DNA of 64,000 nucleotides from Paraspadella gotoi (taxonomy: Eukaryota > Animalia > Chaetognatha): positions 28,619,280 to 28,683,279 of the forward strand of contig CM119263.1 in the NCBI GenBank assembly GCA_051294375.1, written 5' to 3'. Positions within the stretch are counted from its first letter, which is position 1. The number at the start of each line of letters is the position of its first letter. The notes beneath the pieces were generated by a model. The model saw nothing but the letters and a program-made list of their open reading frames with translations. It made no database searches and was not told the DNA's origin. The position numbers were made by a program, and so were the translations under genes. Positions 39,910 to 54,756 of this stretch are shown piece by piece.

Positions 39910-42900
39910 GATAAAATGAAAAAAAATGGAGAGAAAAAAAGTGGGGCAAAAAAGAGATAAAGACAAAAGGTCAATTTGAAAGGGTTAAATTATCGAGACC
40001 CAGCAGGTCGAGGGGGGGGAGAGGAGGAATGAGATGTAGGGAAGAAGACGAGAAGAGAGAGATGAGAGAGAGATACAGAGAGCGAGAGAGGGACACGCGG
40101 GCAGAAGGAGGACGCAGAGAGAGGAGAGACGAGATGGCGGTAACGAATGCGCACTCTCAGACAAATGCGTTACATAAAGTGTGAGCTTTTTTCATTTGAG
40201 ATAATATATAATTTTAAATATTTAAATGTTTGAATTAAATAATATGATCCTAGCTTCATTGTTCATTTAGCTCGGTCGGTCGATGGAAACTTATTCAAAG
40301 AATTAATTTCATTTTTTTTCTTCCTCATCGCTTAGGTCGTCTTTGTGTGCCTACAAATATTTGTAAAGGATTTTAAATAAATAAATATAAGATAAATGCA
40401 TACATCGTCTTCGCAATCATTTTATCCGTCGTCTGTAATCACTCGTCGTCCACGTTATGACACGTCTACCCGTCGTACGTCGTCGTCGTCTCGGGTCGTC
40501 GTCAGTCGGGCGGTGCAGAATGCGTCAAGGCACTGCACCGTTTTTATGGTTTCACTGGGAAACAAAAGTCATGCAGAGAAAACGAATTCGTATTGAGTTA
40601 CGGTATTTGGAGCTTCAAAAACTTTCAATTTATTTTCTCGTTCTCTCTCTCTCTTTCCTTGCTCCCTCTTCCCAGACCGTCCGCTTTTCAGTACTTCTTC
40701 TCTCTCTCTTCTCATCTCCGACTCCTCGTTCTCTCTCTCCTTTTTCGTCCACTCTCTCTCCTCCATCATCTGTCTCTCTCTCCTCTCTCTCTCTCTCCCT
40801 CTGCTCTCTCTTTCTGACTACCTAATTAATAATATAAATAAAGAAAAAAAAACATTATATGAACTTCATTGATAGGGAAGTTCCAAAGCACGCTTGTAGG
40901 AGCATTAACCTTAATATTATTTCCGGCTCCGCAAAATTACAAAAAAACAAAAACAAGAAAATGTGTAGCTCACACAAAAAACGTTCTCAAAATAGATTAT
41001 CGATCAATAAGCAATTCTAATTTCGCTTATCTCTTTCAAGGCAAACCAACACTTTTTCCTGAAGTACCCACGGGCTTCCATGCGACAAGGGATCGCCATG
41101 CTGTCACTTAATGAGTGCTCGTCGCATAATCGATGAACGGTCGAATCTTTCAGGGCCACAGCGCTTCTACCCAGTTCGCAACGACCAATGGCATTTTTCG
41201 TACTGTCGAGATCTCTCTGTCGCGCGTCTGACCGGAGGAGGTGTTTGCTGGGTGGAGGGAGTGACAGTTCTGGAGGAGTTTCCGTGGTCCAACCTTCGAC
41301 GCGCGACCTTCTGAGTGCTCACTTGTGGTCCACTTATGCAGGGCGGGTCTTTTGGGTGGCTCTGGCTTTGTGACCAGGAGCTCCATCTTCATGAAAAGAG
41401 GACGAGAAGGAGGAGAGAGAGGAGAAGAAAATGAGCGAGGATAGGACACACAAGAGCGAGGATATGGAGAGCGAAGTAGTTGAAGAGGAGGAGGAATCAT
41501 TATCCGGATGGAGTGTCGTCAGAAGTTAAAGGCGGCAGTGGCGAAGCGTCGTTGCGGGTCGGATGTCGGCGTGCGGAAAATAGTCAGAAGCTCGGAGCTC
41601 GAGCCATCAGTCGGATTGCGTAGTGCGCGTCTGTGTCTGTTAATTGTGCTTAGCTCATAGTAATTACGAGTCATAGTAATGTTGACAATAATAGTGCTTA
41701 TAGATATTTATAGTGGTTCTATATCGTCTCGAAATTGTCTGTTGAAGCTTGTGTCGTTCTTTACTTATCTAGTGTCAGTTCCTCTCTGTATATCGTCCGT
41801 CTAGATCAGTGCGACTGAAACCAGAATTTTTTTCGTTTTTCCTCGTTTTGATTTACTCTCGACACTAATTCAGTAAACAAGTCACTGAATCTTTTTATTA
41901 ATTTTTTATTATTCATTTCCGCGTCATTAAAATCCTGTAAACTCTATTCAGTTTATAATCCTTTAAAACCTTATGTCAAACATAATAATAGTCTGTTTTT
42001 CTTTTTACTGTTAACGCCAAATTCTATTTTCCCTTATTACTGACCCATATATACTACATCGTATGATATCACTCGGCAAAGTACGTACTATCGAAAGATG
42101 CCCTGATTAATCGTAAAGTTCGACGAGAGTAGATCTAAAAAGTTCTTATCCATAGAAAACCATTTTTCTTTTTTTGCACTCGCACGTTTCGAAAATATAT
42201 TGATACTCTCTGATTCGTTCTTTTGATAAAGGAAATTCGCGGTAGAAAAGATAGTTTTGTTCCATACGAAAAAAAAGAGCAAAAGTGTGTGAAAAGATGG
42301 TAAAGGATAATGTCTGGATTTTTTCTTCAGCATCGAAAAACGAACTTTAAGGTACTCTTGTAATTTTATATGGTCACAATACCAATATAATGGAGGAATC
42401 TTTATTTCGAGGCGATTCAAGTCTAATATAAACTAATAGTCATACTCTTGGCCCGCGTGAGTTAATTGGACAGGCTTTAGTGAGGTTTTAGAGTGCCCAG
42501 TTCTTGCATCTCCTATTTCTGACAATGCATGGAATAAATTGAATATAGTCAGGGGGTTCCATTCGGATCAAGCTTTTAACGAATTCAAAGTATTCTAGGT
42601 CGACTAAGAAAAAATCACGAGACTCATTTTATTCCACTCCAGAAACCTGGCTTCGCCCTATTCCGTTTAATGAAGTTGGTTTATAATGACGTTTATATTG
42701 TACAAATGATAAATTTGTGGTTTCGGTCTGTCGAGTTTATGCTTTCTAGCACTGTTGTCCGACGTTTTGCGATCTCGAAATTGCAAAAATCGTGATATTG
42801 AGAGAGAAAACTTAAATATCTCGGGACTGCAAAGTCTAAATGCACTGTTGAGAACATAAGACTTTATTTGGCTCTTTTTTTATTTATCTCGTATTCGCTC

Positions 42901-44991
42901 ATTCTGGTTTCTCCCCTGCCCCACCACTCCATCTTCTGCATCTGTCATCTCAAGGAATATAATAGACCTTCGCACAAATATCACCTTTATTAGTTACTTG
43001 ACCAAGCTGCAGTTTGGTCCATTTGGCGCTCCACTTGGCTGCCAACGGTTTTCGGTCGTTTAATAATATTCTCCATCCTTTCGTCATCGACTTCATCTGG
43101 TTCATCTCATCTCTCTTTTCCTTCTAACTTTATTGTCCTTCGTGGTCCATCCTGCTCTTTTTCCTTCATCTCATTCCTCTCTTTGTCCCCCTATCTCAAA
43201 CACTCCTCTGGCTTCCTACCTCAACAACAACAAGCAACGTTTTCCCAGCTGCCATGCCAATTGCTTCTCTATATATTCATCTCTTCACTCCCCTTCCCTA
43301 TATCCGCTCAAATTAATTAAGAGTGATATCCACGCTCCGCACCCCACACCTAAATAAAACTCTCCCCGCGTAATCCTCTCAACCCTCCCCTCTACTTCCC
43401 TCTCTCCTCTGCGGCACGCCGAACCTAGCCCAAGCTGACTCAACTCACCCTCTCCATTTTATTTTTAGCTTTTGTTGTTCCTTAGTACGTCGGATGTCAG
43501 TAAATCCAAAATAAACTCACACAGATATATAATCTCATTTTGTTTCGTTTTTTTCCTCCTTTCAGTCTTCTCAAATTTCCCGAGTCCGGAGGTCCCGATT
43601 ATTATGTAAAGATTTGCGTCATGCTCTTCTCCTGCAAGACTCGTGGGGCTTGCGTGCTTATTCCAAAGTATGTTGTGACAAGATTCCTCACCTGTTGCGA
43701 TGACGCGAGCGACGGAACACTCGGATCTCCTGCGGAATATCGTGAGATTTTGAGAGGGGAGAGAGAGGGAGCTAGGGAGGGGGAGGGAGAACGAGAGACT
43801 CTCCTTGATTGTATTTGTTTTAATGTTCTCTTATTGAGTAGATTGTTCACAGAGAATGAAGAGTGAAGAGTGAGTAGAGTAGAGTTATGAGGAGAGGAAG
43901 GAGTAGAGAGAGAGGAAGAGAGAGAGAAGGGAGGGAGATGGGGGAGAATGAGAGCGAAGTAAGAAGAGAGTAAGAGAAAAAGAGAAAAAGAGAAGTGAAG
44001 ACGTATGAAGGAGGGGAGCGTCGCGTTACAACGACGAACGACAACAACAGAAGAGGAGACCACCTCCAAAAGAAGGCTAGAGTGTGTCCATAAATTTATA
44101 AAGGACTGACAGTTGGCGCGATCGACTGAATACGAAGCTGACACTGTACGCAATCGCAGAACGACAGAATCGTCCTACGAGACAAAATGGGCGACGCGAG
44201 ATTAACTGAAGATGATATATAAGTTCTCGAGGTGTCTGATAATGATAATCTGCGTGATAAGCTGTGTGCACAGAAATGGATAGCAGAAGAAGGGCAAGAG
44301 CCACATACGTGAGGAACAGTAACGAGATGTAAAGACAATACGGTCATCAAGAAATCCAATGCGGAGTAAATTAACGGAGAATGAAAAGAAACGGAGGATG
44401 TCGCAAAAAAGATAAAGTCTGAATGTGGTACGTTCTGTTGTATAAAAGCTGTCAGTCGTCGTCCGATATTCGGGCAATGGGGAGACGTTGGCAGAGAAAT
44501 AGGCGAAAGATAAGAAAAGTGAATGATATAGTACTGATATAACAGGCAAGGATCCAAGAAATGATAGTAAACTAGGAAGGTGATAGAAACACAGCGGAGG
44601 AAAGAGAACAGAATATGAGAAAGTCTTAATCTCGCTTAGAAAGATGTGAGAACAGCAGGGAATTCGTCGTTCGACATGGACGAGCACTTGATCACAAGGG
44701 TCAGAGTACACGTTCTGAGAGTCATATAGAGTAGTCGAGTATCACACAAGTCACGATCGAGTGTGGTCAAAACAGATGAAAAGCAATGAGAATGCTTTTC
44801 GTTCACTCGAAAATTTTAAAAATGGAGAGAGAGAGATTGAGAGAGGAGAGGAAAAAGCAAGAGAACACATGCAGATCAGACAATAATATTATTCTGAGTC
44901 CCTTTGAGAGAAATACCAACTCGATCGGCGTACACCCCTTGGACCCACAAGGATTTATAAGTCGGTAGAAAAAATGGCGTGCATATTGGGA

Positions 44992-45022
<31 letters not shown>

Positions 45023-47904
45023 CAGAGGAGAGAGAGAGAATGAGAGAGTCATTGTATTTGAGATTTGCTACGCATGTCGGGCTTAAGGCTTCCAAAACAT
45101 ACGCCATTGAAGGGCTAAAGCCGGGGCTCTAAATATATCAATATATGCCATGTTGTCGGTTTTTTACTCTTTCAATTTTGTTCCTATTTTTTATTTATCC
45201 TTTTAAAAATATTAATTNNNNNNNNNNNNNNNNNNNNNNNNNGCGCAAATATGAAGGGTTCATCTCCAGCCAAAGCGCTTTATGATTCTCAATACCATGG
45301 CATTGTACTGCGAGATCTCCCTCTTCATGGTTGACCAGATGTTCGTGGTGATGGTGCAGTCTGGCGAGTTTCTGNNNNNNNNNNNNNNNNNNNNNNNNNN
45401 NNNNNNNNNNNNNNNNNNNNNNNNNNNNNNNNNNNNNNNNNNNNNNNNNNNNNNNGAGGAGGAAGAGGAGAAGGAAAAGGACGAGGATGAGGACATAGAC
45501 GAGGATAAGGAAGAGGAAGAGGAGGAGGAAGAAGATGAGCTCGCAAAAACTGCTTTATTTTTAGCATAGATTCTATAATATTTGAAATAATATTTATGAA
45601 ATTTTAGATTCTATAATATTTGAAATAATATTTATAATATTTATGAAATTGGTACAACCAATATAAAAATTATCCATTAATTAATAAATAAGCTATATAA
45701 TATTTCAAAGTTTGAACTTTTTTTTGCACACATGTGTATCTTGTTTATTGAATGACTGAACAGTTTTTTTTTTTCTTTTCATAAAAGACGAATCTTTTTA
45801 ATTTTTATTATTCATTCGTTAAAACCGTAAACCATAGTTTTAAACTTTTAAAACCTTGTATTTACATTTCTCTCACGTCACCAACTCCTTTACACTTCTA
45901 CGAGTTTCTCTCTCATAACCGAATCTCCAGAGATCAAAAGTTCAAACCTTTTTTTTTCTCGACTCGAAAATCGAAGAGTCAAGGACGCTAGAAAAAAGTT
46001 AATAGCAAAAAAAAGCAAAAGGTGAAAGAGGAAAGGATAATGTTTCTACAACGAGCTATGGATTTATGAAATTGGTACAAGCAATATAAAAATTATCCAT
46101 TCATTTAATAACTAAGCTATCTTGCCCCGGACTTTGGACAGGGTTTGGTGGTTTGAGACTTCTATCACTCTTACAAGATAATTACATAGCAGGTTCCTGT
46201 CAGCTTTCGATCAAGACTATATCACAGACTCATTTATTCACTCCCAGAAAACCTGGCTTCCCTGTTAATGAAGTGGTTTAATAACGTTCATACGTAAAAT
46301 TCTGTTTCTTTAGCCGCAAGGGGCAAAATCTGAAATTGAAAAACTTAAAATCTGCAAATCTAAAGACTGAGAAATAACGATACCTTTTAATCTCGTATTC
46401 GCTCTCTTCATCTCACTCAGAATAAAACCTCGACATATAACTTATTAGTTATTACCCCCAATTTTCTNNNNNNNNNNNNNNNNNNNNNNNNNNNNNNNNN
46501 NNNNNNNNNNNNNNNNNNNNNNNNNNNNNNNNNNNNNNNNNNNNNNNNNNNNNNNNNNNNNNNNNNNNNNNNNNNNNNNNNNNNNNNNNNNNNNNNGACG
46601 ACGACGACGACGACAATGACGACGACGATCTCCTACGAGACAAAATGGGCGACGCGAGAATTAATGAAGAAAAAAGCGAGGGCGATAACGCGTGAAAGCC
46701 TTTCACCGAAAGAAGCGAGAAAGGGAAAAGAAAATAAGGGAGGAAAAAAGAGATGAAAAGAAAGGAAAAGAAAATAAGGGAGGAAAAAGGAGATGAAAAG
46801 AAAAGGAGAAGAAAATAAGGGAGGAAAAAGGAGATGAAAAGAAAAGGAGAAGAAAATGAAGAAAAAGATGATAAATAAAGAAAGGAAAGAAAGATAGAAA
46901 TAAAAAGGGGATATGAAAAAAAAAGGGAAAAAAAGGAAAAAAAGAGAAGCAAAGGGAAGAAAAATTTGTTGAAAAGGAGGAGAAAGGGGAATCCGCGACA
47001 GGAAAAGGGATAAAAATGGAAAACACGTTACAATAAAAATAAAAGTAAGATAAAAACAATGAATAAAAGATAAAAATGGACAGCTTAATATCAAAATTTA
47101 AAAATGAAGAAATCTTTACGAACAATTTGAGAACAAAAGACGTGAAAAGAAGAAAGAAAGAGAATAAGAGATCAGACAAAATACGAGAGAAAAACAAAGA
47201 TGGCCGACACCCGGACCCAAGAGGGATTTAAAGTCGGGAGAAAAAATGGCGTGCATATTGGNNNNNNNNNNNNNNNNNNNNNNNNNNNNNNNNNNNNNNN
47301 NNNNNNNNNNNNNNNNNNNNNNNNNNNNNNNNNNNNNNNNNNNNNNNNNNNNNNNNNNNNNNNNNNNNNNNNNNNNNNNNNNNNNNNNNNNNNNNNNNNN
47401 NNNNNNNNNNNNNNNNNNNNNNNNNNNNNNNNNNNNNNNNNNNNNNNNNNNNNNNNNNNNNNNNNNNNNGAGAGAGAGAGACAGAGTCGGGCTTAAGGCT
47501 TCCAAAACATACGCCATGAAGGCGTAAAGCCGGGCTCAAAAAAAAAAATCCATGTTGTCAGGTTTTTTTATCTTCAATTTTGTTTCCATTTTTATTTATC
47601 CTTTTAAATATAATTTATATGTAAAAACTTTTTTCTATTACGTTAGGGTAGAATGATAGAATGCGGGTGTGAATTTTGAACCTGATAACTTGACGTCGAA
47701 TCCCGAGAGATCGCNNNNNNNNNNNNNNNNNNNNNNNNNNNNNNNNNNNNNNNNNNNNNNNNNNNNNNNNNNNNNNNNNNNNNNNNNNNNNNNNNNNNNN
47801 NNNNNNNNNNNNNNNNNNNNNNNNNNNNNNNNNNNNNNNNNNNNNNNNNNNNNNNNNNNNNNNNNNNNNNNNNNNNNNNNNNNNNNNNNNNNNNNNNNNN
47901 NNNN

Positions 47905-47939
<35 letters not shown>

Positions 47940-50900
47940 TGAATGAAAAATTAAAAATTCTCTCTTTACCCACATCCAGGCTGCCTCTACTGGGCCACTG
48001 AGACAAAAGGCTACAAATGCCAGAGTCGTGAATGTGTCCCTTTCAACGTTTGGTGCGATTGGGTCTATCACTGCCGCGACGGATCGGACGAGAACAACTG
48101 CCCGCAAGGCCCGCCCTCCTTCACCAAGCGGCCAGGGCGTGAGTCNNNNNNNNNNNNNNNNNNNNNNNNNNNNNNNNNNNNNNNNNNNNNNNNNNNNNNN
48201 NNNNNNNNNNNNNNNNNNNNNNNNNNNNNNNNNNNNNNNNNNNNNNNNNNNNNNNNNNNNNNNNNNNNNNNNNNNNNNNNNNNNNNNNNNNNNNNNNNNN
48301 NNNNNNNNNNNNNNNNNNNNNNNNNNNNNNNNNNNNNNNNNNNNNNNNNNNNNNNNNNNNNCTCTCACGGCAATCCTAAATCATAATTCTCTCGCAAAAA
48401 CCCTTCCCCTCATCCCCACCCGAATCCTTAATATAATCCTTAAATTTAAAAGCTCACATGAATCTCAAATGGGTCACGCTCTCAGTGATGCACTGNNNNN
48501 NNNNNNNNNNNNNNNNNNNNNNNNNNNNNNNNNNNNNNNNNNNNNNNNNNNNNNNNNNNNNNNNNNNNNNNNNNNNNNNNNNNNNNNNNNNNNNNNNNNN
48601 NNNNNNNNNNNNNNNNNNNNNNNNNNNNNNNNNNNNNNNNNNNNNNNNNNNNNNNNNNNNNNNNNNNNNNNNNNNNNNNNNNNNNNNNNNNNNNNNNNNN
48701 NNNNNNNNNNNNNNNNNNNNNNNNNNNNNNNNNNNNNNNNNNNNNNNNNNNNNNNNNNNNNNNNNNNNNNNNNNNNNNNNNNNNNNNNNNNNNNNNNNNN
48801 NNNNNNNNNNNNNNNNNNNNNNNNNNNNNNNNNNNNNNNNNNNNNNNNNNNNNNNNNNNNNNNNNNNNNNNNNNNNNNNNNNNNNNNNNNNNNNNNNNNN
48901 NNNNNNNNNNNNNNNNNNNNNNNNNNNNNNNNNNNNNNNNNNNNNNNNNNNNNNNNNNNNNNNNNNNNNNNNNNNNNNNNNNNNNNNNNNNNNNNNNNNN
49001 NNNNNNNNNNNNNNNNNNNNNNNNNNNNNNNNNNNNNNNNNNNNNNNNNNNNNNNNNNNNNNNNNNNNNNNNNNNNNNNNNNNNNNNNNNNNNNNNNNNN
49101 NNNNNNNNNNNNNNNNNNNNNNNNNNNNNNNNNNNNNNNNNNNNNNNNNNNNNNNNNNNNNNNNNNNNNNNNNNNNNNNNNNNNNNNNNNNNNNNNNNNN
49201 NNNNNNNNNNNNNNNNNNNNNNNNNNNNNNNNNNNNNNNNNNNNNNNNNNNNNNNNNNNNNNNNNNNNNNNNNNNNNNNNNNNNNNNNNNNNNNNNNNNN
49301 NNNNNNNNNNNNNNNNNNNNNNNNNNNNNNNNNNNNNNNNNNNNNNNNNNNNNNNNNNNNNNNNNNNNNNNNNNNNNNNNNNNNNNNNNNNNNNNNNNNN
49401 NNNNNNNNNNNNNNNNNNNNNNNNNNNNNNNNNNNNNNNNNNNNNCATGAATCTCAAATGGGTCACGCTCTCAGTGATGCACTGGTACAGAGTTTTACTC
49501 CTCAAGAGTCAAGAACTCAAAGGTGAAATCGTTTCACGTTTCGTCGTAAGTCGGATCTCTCCCGCAACTCCGATCGAGCAGAAATGTTTATGGAGTTGGG
49601 TGAAACAAAGGATAAAATGGCGACGACAACGACGACAACGACAACGAGGTTTTTTTGGTATAAAATCTCGAATGTTGTAGACGAAAAAAGGCAAGCGTTC
49701 GTCAGGCACATGCCCAATTGCCCAATTGCCCAATGACAANNNNNNNNNNNNNNNNNNNNNNNNNTAGAGTTCCGAATAACCGTCTAACAGTTACGGTTAT
49801 TAACGGTTAAAATGAATTTTACTTACCGTTAATATATTTATTTTTAACGGTTAAATTCGCGGTTAATTTTTCAAGTATGATTTTTATTACATTTTTTGTT
49901 GATGAAAACTTTGATTTTTGTAAGAGAAAAAGTTTTTTTTTCTGTTCCTCTTATTTCCTGCTCCCTTTCCTCAACTGATATTTTTTCCGCCCTGTCTCTT
50001 CTAGCAGATTTTCCCTTTTTTTTCTTGTTGGTTATATTTCAACCCTTTAAATTTTTTCTAATCCAAATCTCTTTCCTTTCTTTTCTGCTTCCAGTTTTTT
50101 TTTACTTACTCTTCTCTAATTGTTTTCGGTTTTTCCTTTCAGCTATTTTTATAACATTTCAGTAGTGACAGGGCATTATCGTTATCGTTAATAAGAGTGA
50201 TGCCAGGATATTAACCGACTCTACCCGATCTCATCGCCCCGCAGCCTGCCTTCCTGGTGAAGAGGTGTCCTGTGGCGATGGTGAGTGCCTCCCGATTCAT
50301 CTACGCTGCGACGGGACGCCCGACTGTTGGACGGCGAAGGATGAGGAAGACTGCGATGTCGTGGACAGGGTAAGGAACAGAGTAAGGGACAGAGTGAGAA
50401 ATAGAAATAGAAATAGGTGAGAAATAGGGTTTGGTTTCGACTTGGTAAGGGATATAGGTTGGGGAGAACTCGTCTTTTACTTTGAGATTGATTGTCACTT
50501 TGAGATAATCGTTGACAGGGTGAGTGGAAAGGAAAGGCAAAGACAGAAGACAAGAAAGTCAGAGCAAGGCATTACCAGACAGGTTTTGGAAAGAAGCAAG
50601 AAATGCTTTTGTTTCTTTGTCGCTACATGAATTGAACATGACTCCATTCAATGATATGTCATCATTAATCATTAATCAGTCATTTAACCATGTATCATTT
50701 CAAATCATTTCTTTTCAGCGAGTCGAGATGGACGGGATTCTGCAGCCAACGTCCGCGATGGTTCCACTTGGCGACGCCACCAATCAACAAGAGATCTTCG
50801 CCGCTGGTTAGAAAATATTCTATTGGTTTCGTTATGTTTATCATATTATATTTTGTAGAGTTATTACTTACTTTATTAAAGTTTATAACACTCAAAGTAG

Positions 50901-52728
50901 GTAGTTATGATTGCCTGTCGCTTTTTTCATCTTTTATCACCTACCCTCCAACCCCCGCTAGTGATTTGGACGGTTCTCAAAATCACCGGCGCCTTCGGAA
51001 TTTTCGTCATTATCACCGCCGCCGTCTGCTACGTGAGGTGGACACGGCGTCACTCGGGAAGAAGGCGGAAACAGATGGAGGGATGTCCGGATGTGAGTTT
51101 TTGGAATGGGATGGATTGAAGAATAAGATGGATGAATGGATGAATGGAGCGAATTGATGAATGAAAAAATGAATGATTTGTAATATAACAGTTAACAAAA
51201 GATTTCTTCTCTACCCAAGGACGACGCCCGACGAACGGCGGGATTCCACGGTTCACATCGCTCGGGAGTCACATGGTCCATGTCAGCGTCAAGACAGGTG
51301 GGTGCCTCTAGGGATATTTTGGTGCATAATTTAAAAGTACTGAATGAACAAGAACGGTAATTCCAAAATTCCAAAATTCCGTCTATTATTCCTTTTAGTT
51401 TTAGAAATTCATGAAGTCGGCGCTAGCAGTCCCTTAGATTTGAGGTTTTTCCTGTCTTAACAAATGAACAGCCAACTATAGGCAAATTATATGCATTTTT
51501 AATGTAAGTGGGACAGACCGACGGACAGACATAGCGACCGACCGACCGGCAGACTTATAGAGTTGCTCCAACTAATAATCAAATCAACAGCAAGAAAAGA
51601 AAATTTTGTGATCGCGTAATCTTGTAATTTTGTAATCTTCAACGTCGGATCCGTTTTTATACAATTCGCAAAAAATGTAATAATAATGTTTTTTTTTTGT
51701 TTTTTTTATTAAAAACGTTAGATCTTACGTGGCTTATAAAATGCATTAGCTTTATACATACTAACTAAATACAATACATACTTACCAACGGGTCGACCGA
51801 TCCCTCAAAAAAAAATATATTAAGTTGATAAAGAATTTAACGAAGTTAGAAATATACAAATCTCCCTCCAAAGAAATATATAAACGCTCGCGCCTCCTTT
51901 TAATTAAGACGTCCCGGCCGCAGACGAGACGCCGACGATCCACGTGCAGCTTCAACAACGGAAACTCATCAACACCCCCGTCGCACCTTCCCCATCTCCT
52001 CCAACGAGAACAACATCATCGCCAACTCTAACGTCGACGCCCCGGGTGAGGTTGAGGGTGAGGGTGAGGGATAGGGTTAGGGAAAGCTAAGAATTGGTGA
52101 GGTGCAGAGAGATGGAGATAGCGAGACGGAGATGGAGATGAGAGAGGGAGATGGAGATGCAGAGAGGAGCCCCATTGCCATTCATAATTTATTAGTTTAA
52201 AATCTTCTAAACTTTAGTTTGTTTCGTGAAACTTACCATCACAATGATAAAAATGAAATCCTCACCTCTCGTCAAACCTGAAAAGCTAATAGTATTTATT
52301 GTAATGTTTACAAAAAATAGTTTAAATACTAATATAAAATTTATCATAATCACAAACGTTATCGCTCACATTTTTTCCCCCTTCAGTTCTAACCGCTGCA
52401 CATTCACAGTCACTCGAATCCGATGAACGAAAACTCCGCTCAGTGACAACTACTTTTTGCCGAGGTCGGTCATCACTCTGTCTCTGTCTCCGTCCTTCTC
52501 TGACTCTGTCTCACTCTCTCTTCCCACCCCCCCTTCTCAGGTGGTCCCCTAAATCCCTTCCTCGAGAGATGCTCTCCGAATCAGGAGAGGAGGCCGTCGT
52601 CGTCGGAGAGACGGACCTCGACAACTGCGGCGACCTCTACCCGGGAAAAAACGACAACAAAAGACAAAAAAACAAAAGGGAAAACCGAGAAGAAAAAAAT
52701 TTACAAAAACAAAACAAAAACTAAATGA
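39817..52728 (+). CDS. Single-pass membrane protein with at least 3 LDL-receptor class A repeats (LDLRAD-like)
   Basis: Putative signal exon ending 39868; noisy LDLa exon 43566-43741 ([10 protein letters not shown]...CDDASD); 47980-48138 ([28 protein letters not shown]); 50196-50369 ([19 protein letters not shown]...DEEDC); 50719-50806; TM exon 50962-51037 ([26 protein letters not shown]); tail exons 51220-51297, 51909-52045, 52541-52728 (GPLNPFLE). Phases are consistent from 50196 onward. Gaps may hide exons and the 5' end is uncertain. Confidence 0.78.
41150..45215. other. Error-rich segment duplicating about 45265-47610 (likely raw long-read gap fill)
   Basis: Indel-dense homology at several anchors: 41157 vs 45269 (CCA.AGCGCTT...GGCATT...GAGATCTC), 42620 vs 46227, 44172 vs 46631 (CCTACGAGACAAAATGGGCGACGCGAGA), 44960 vs 47231 (AAAAAATGGCGTGCATATTGG). 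Confidence 0.75.
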
Positions 52729-53059
52729 AATGTAAAACTAAAAAAAACGAAACAAATGGATAAAATCGAAAAGTGAATGTAAGCAAATGAAAATGTCATA
52801 AACCATGATACGGTAATTTATAAAAAGAGGCCAAATAATACGTTAAACAACAAAGAGACATTCCAAAGGTGACGATATAAAATAAAAGAAAAACAAAGAA
52901 AAGGCTACTTTCATTTCCCTCCCTCCCTTTTTTACCCTTGCACCTGTTAATTTTGTGACTAAAATCCCAAACTCTTTTCTCTTACAAATTATGTACTACG
53001 TCGGGACTTTCCTAAAAAAATACTTAATAAGTAATTTAACGACTACAATAAATACAAGA

Positions 53060-53144
<85 letters not shown>

Positions 53145-53238
53145 GTCCAACCATCCCATTCCTATCGCTTGATATTTCCTTAATAAAAATATTTGTTTTC
53201 CTTTTTTTCGTTTTAGTCCATGCATTAACAATAAATTT

Positions 53239-53275
<37 letters not shown>

Positions 53276-53554
53276 ATCTCTCTCTCTCTTTCTGTCTTTC
53301 TGCCTTTACCTTTTCCAACGCATCCTTGGGTGGTTTAGTTTGTAACTTTGTTTGTTGTAAATAAAAAACAATTCGTTTTGTTACCTTTAACTGGATAATT
53401 AAATTTTCATACTCATTAATTACAAAACTTATTCAGAATTTTTTTTATTGTGCGAGGAGAATTCAAAGTCATTTTCATCTTGAATTTTATGACTTTAAAT
53501 TTTATTGAATGTTATGATTAAATTTAGTTTTCTTTTCCCCGAAAGTCTCTCTCA

Positions 53555-53740
53555 ATCGGTATTTGTACAGTTCGGTATTCATACTGCTCGGAATTAACAG
53601 TTTGTTCGCACAGGGAAATTATTTATACTGTTCAACGATCGAACGGCATCGGTATCGTTACAGTACTCTTACCGTTTGGCATTAGTACCGCAAGTCGTTT
53701 GTACTGTTCGGTAATCAGTATTCGTACAGTTCGGTATTCG
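53555..53740. repeat. Degenerate tandem repeat (TCGGTATTCGTACAGT-like)
   Basis: Recurring CGGTATT/GTACAGTT/TACTGTT modules, partly self-complementary. Confidence 0.55.
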
Positions 53741-54689
53741 CCACTTATCCCTCTTACTAACGTGATACAGTATTTTTTTCTTTTTTTTTTTTACTACCGG
53801 TTTTTGACTTTTTTTTTTCTTTTCCCTGAGATTTTGTTCGATCGCGTGGACTAATCTGTTACATAGACGGTCATTTTTAATATCCGTTTGAATATAAATA
53901 CATAACATTCCCTGTCGTTAATCAATGTTTCTTTATTCGTAATAACAATTAAGTTTAGAAAGATAGATTATTTTTTTATAAAGTTAGCTTTTTTTATTCT
54001 GTTTTTTATTAATGTCTGTGAAATTTTTTTATTAATAACAAAAACGATATTAACATAATTAACATTATTGGAAGTTAGATTTTTAAAATAATAGGCTGAC
54101 CAGTTGTTTGATTAAATTTCCAAGTGCGAAGGAAAAAAGGTAATCTAGCTAAACTACCGAATGTATTCTCTCAGCAGCTATTAGCAAAAACAATCTAATT
54201 TTTCAGCCATAAAGAACGAGATTTATTAATTGAAATAAATATAGAACAGCGACTTAATTACAAAAATTTCATAACCGAAAAAGCTAAATCTGAGGCGAAA
54301 TATTCCAACCAACTTACAATTTTTTTCAATGGGGGAAGATTAATAAATGTAAAAACATTTGACGCTCATTCTTCTTTTGTAAGCAAATTCGTTGGCTCAA
54401 CCTAATTTTGACAAATAAAAAGTTAACGCGTTCAAATTATGCTAAATTTTTTTTTACTTTTTTTGTTTTTTGTTTCGGTTTTTTTTTAATTTTTGAATGA
54501 TAAATGAGTGAAAAAAATATTGTTAATTTTTTGGTGATTCAGCGTGACAGAAAAAGAACGGTATTAAAAAAAATTAAATTAATCCCGTTTTCAAAAAATT
54601 GCTTTGGGGTAAAAAATTGAATTGAAGTAATACTATTTTAATTTCACCGACAAGCACACCGTATAGAGCGAGAGAGAAGAGAGAGAGGG

Positions 54690-54756
<67 letters not shown>

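Noticed and set aside
48028-49680. 550-aa, 330-aa and 343-aa ORFs, and a 39-bp repeat on both sides of the gap
   Set aside because: The ORFs are mostly N; the flanking identity (48457-48495 = 49446-49484) indicates a gap or overlap artefact.
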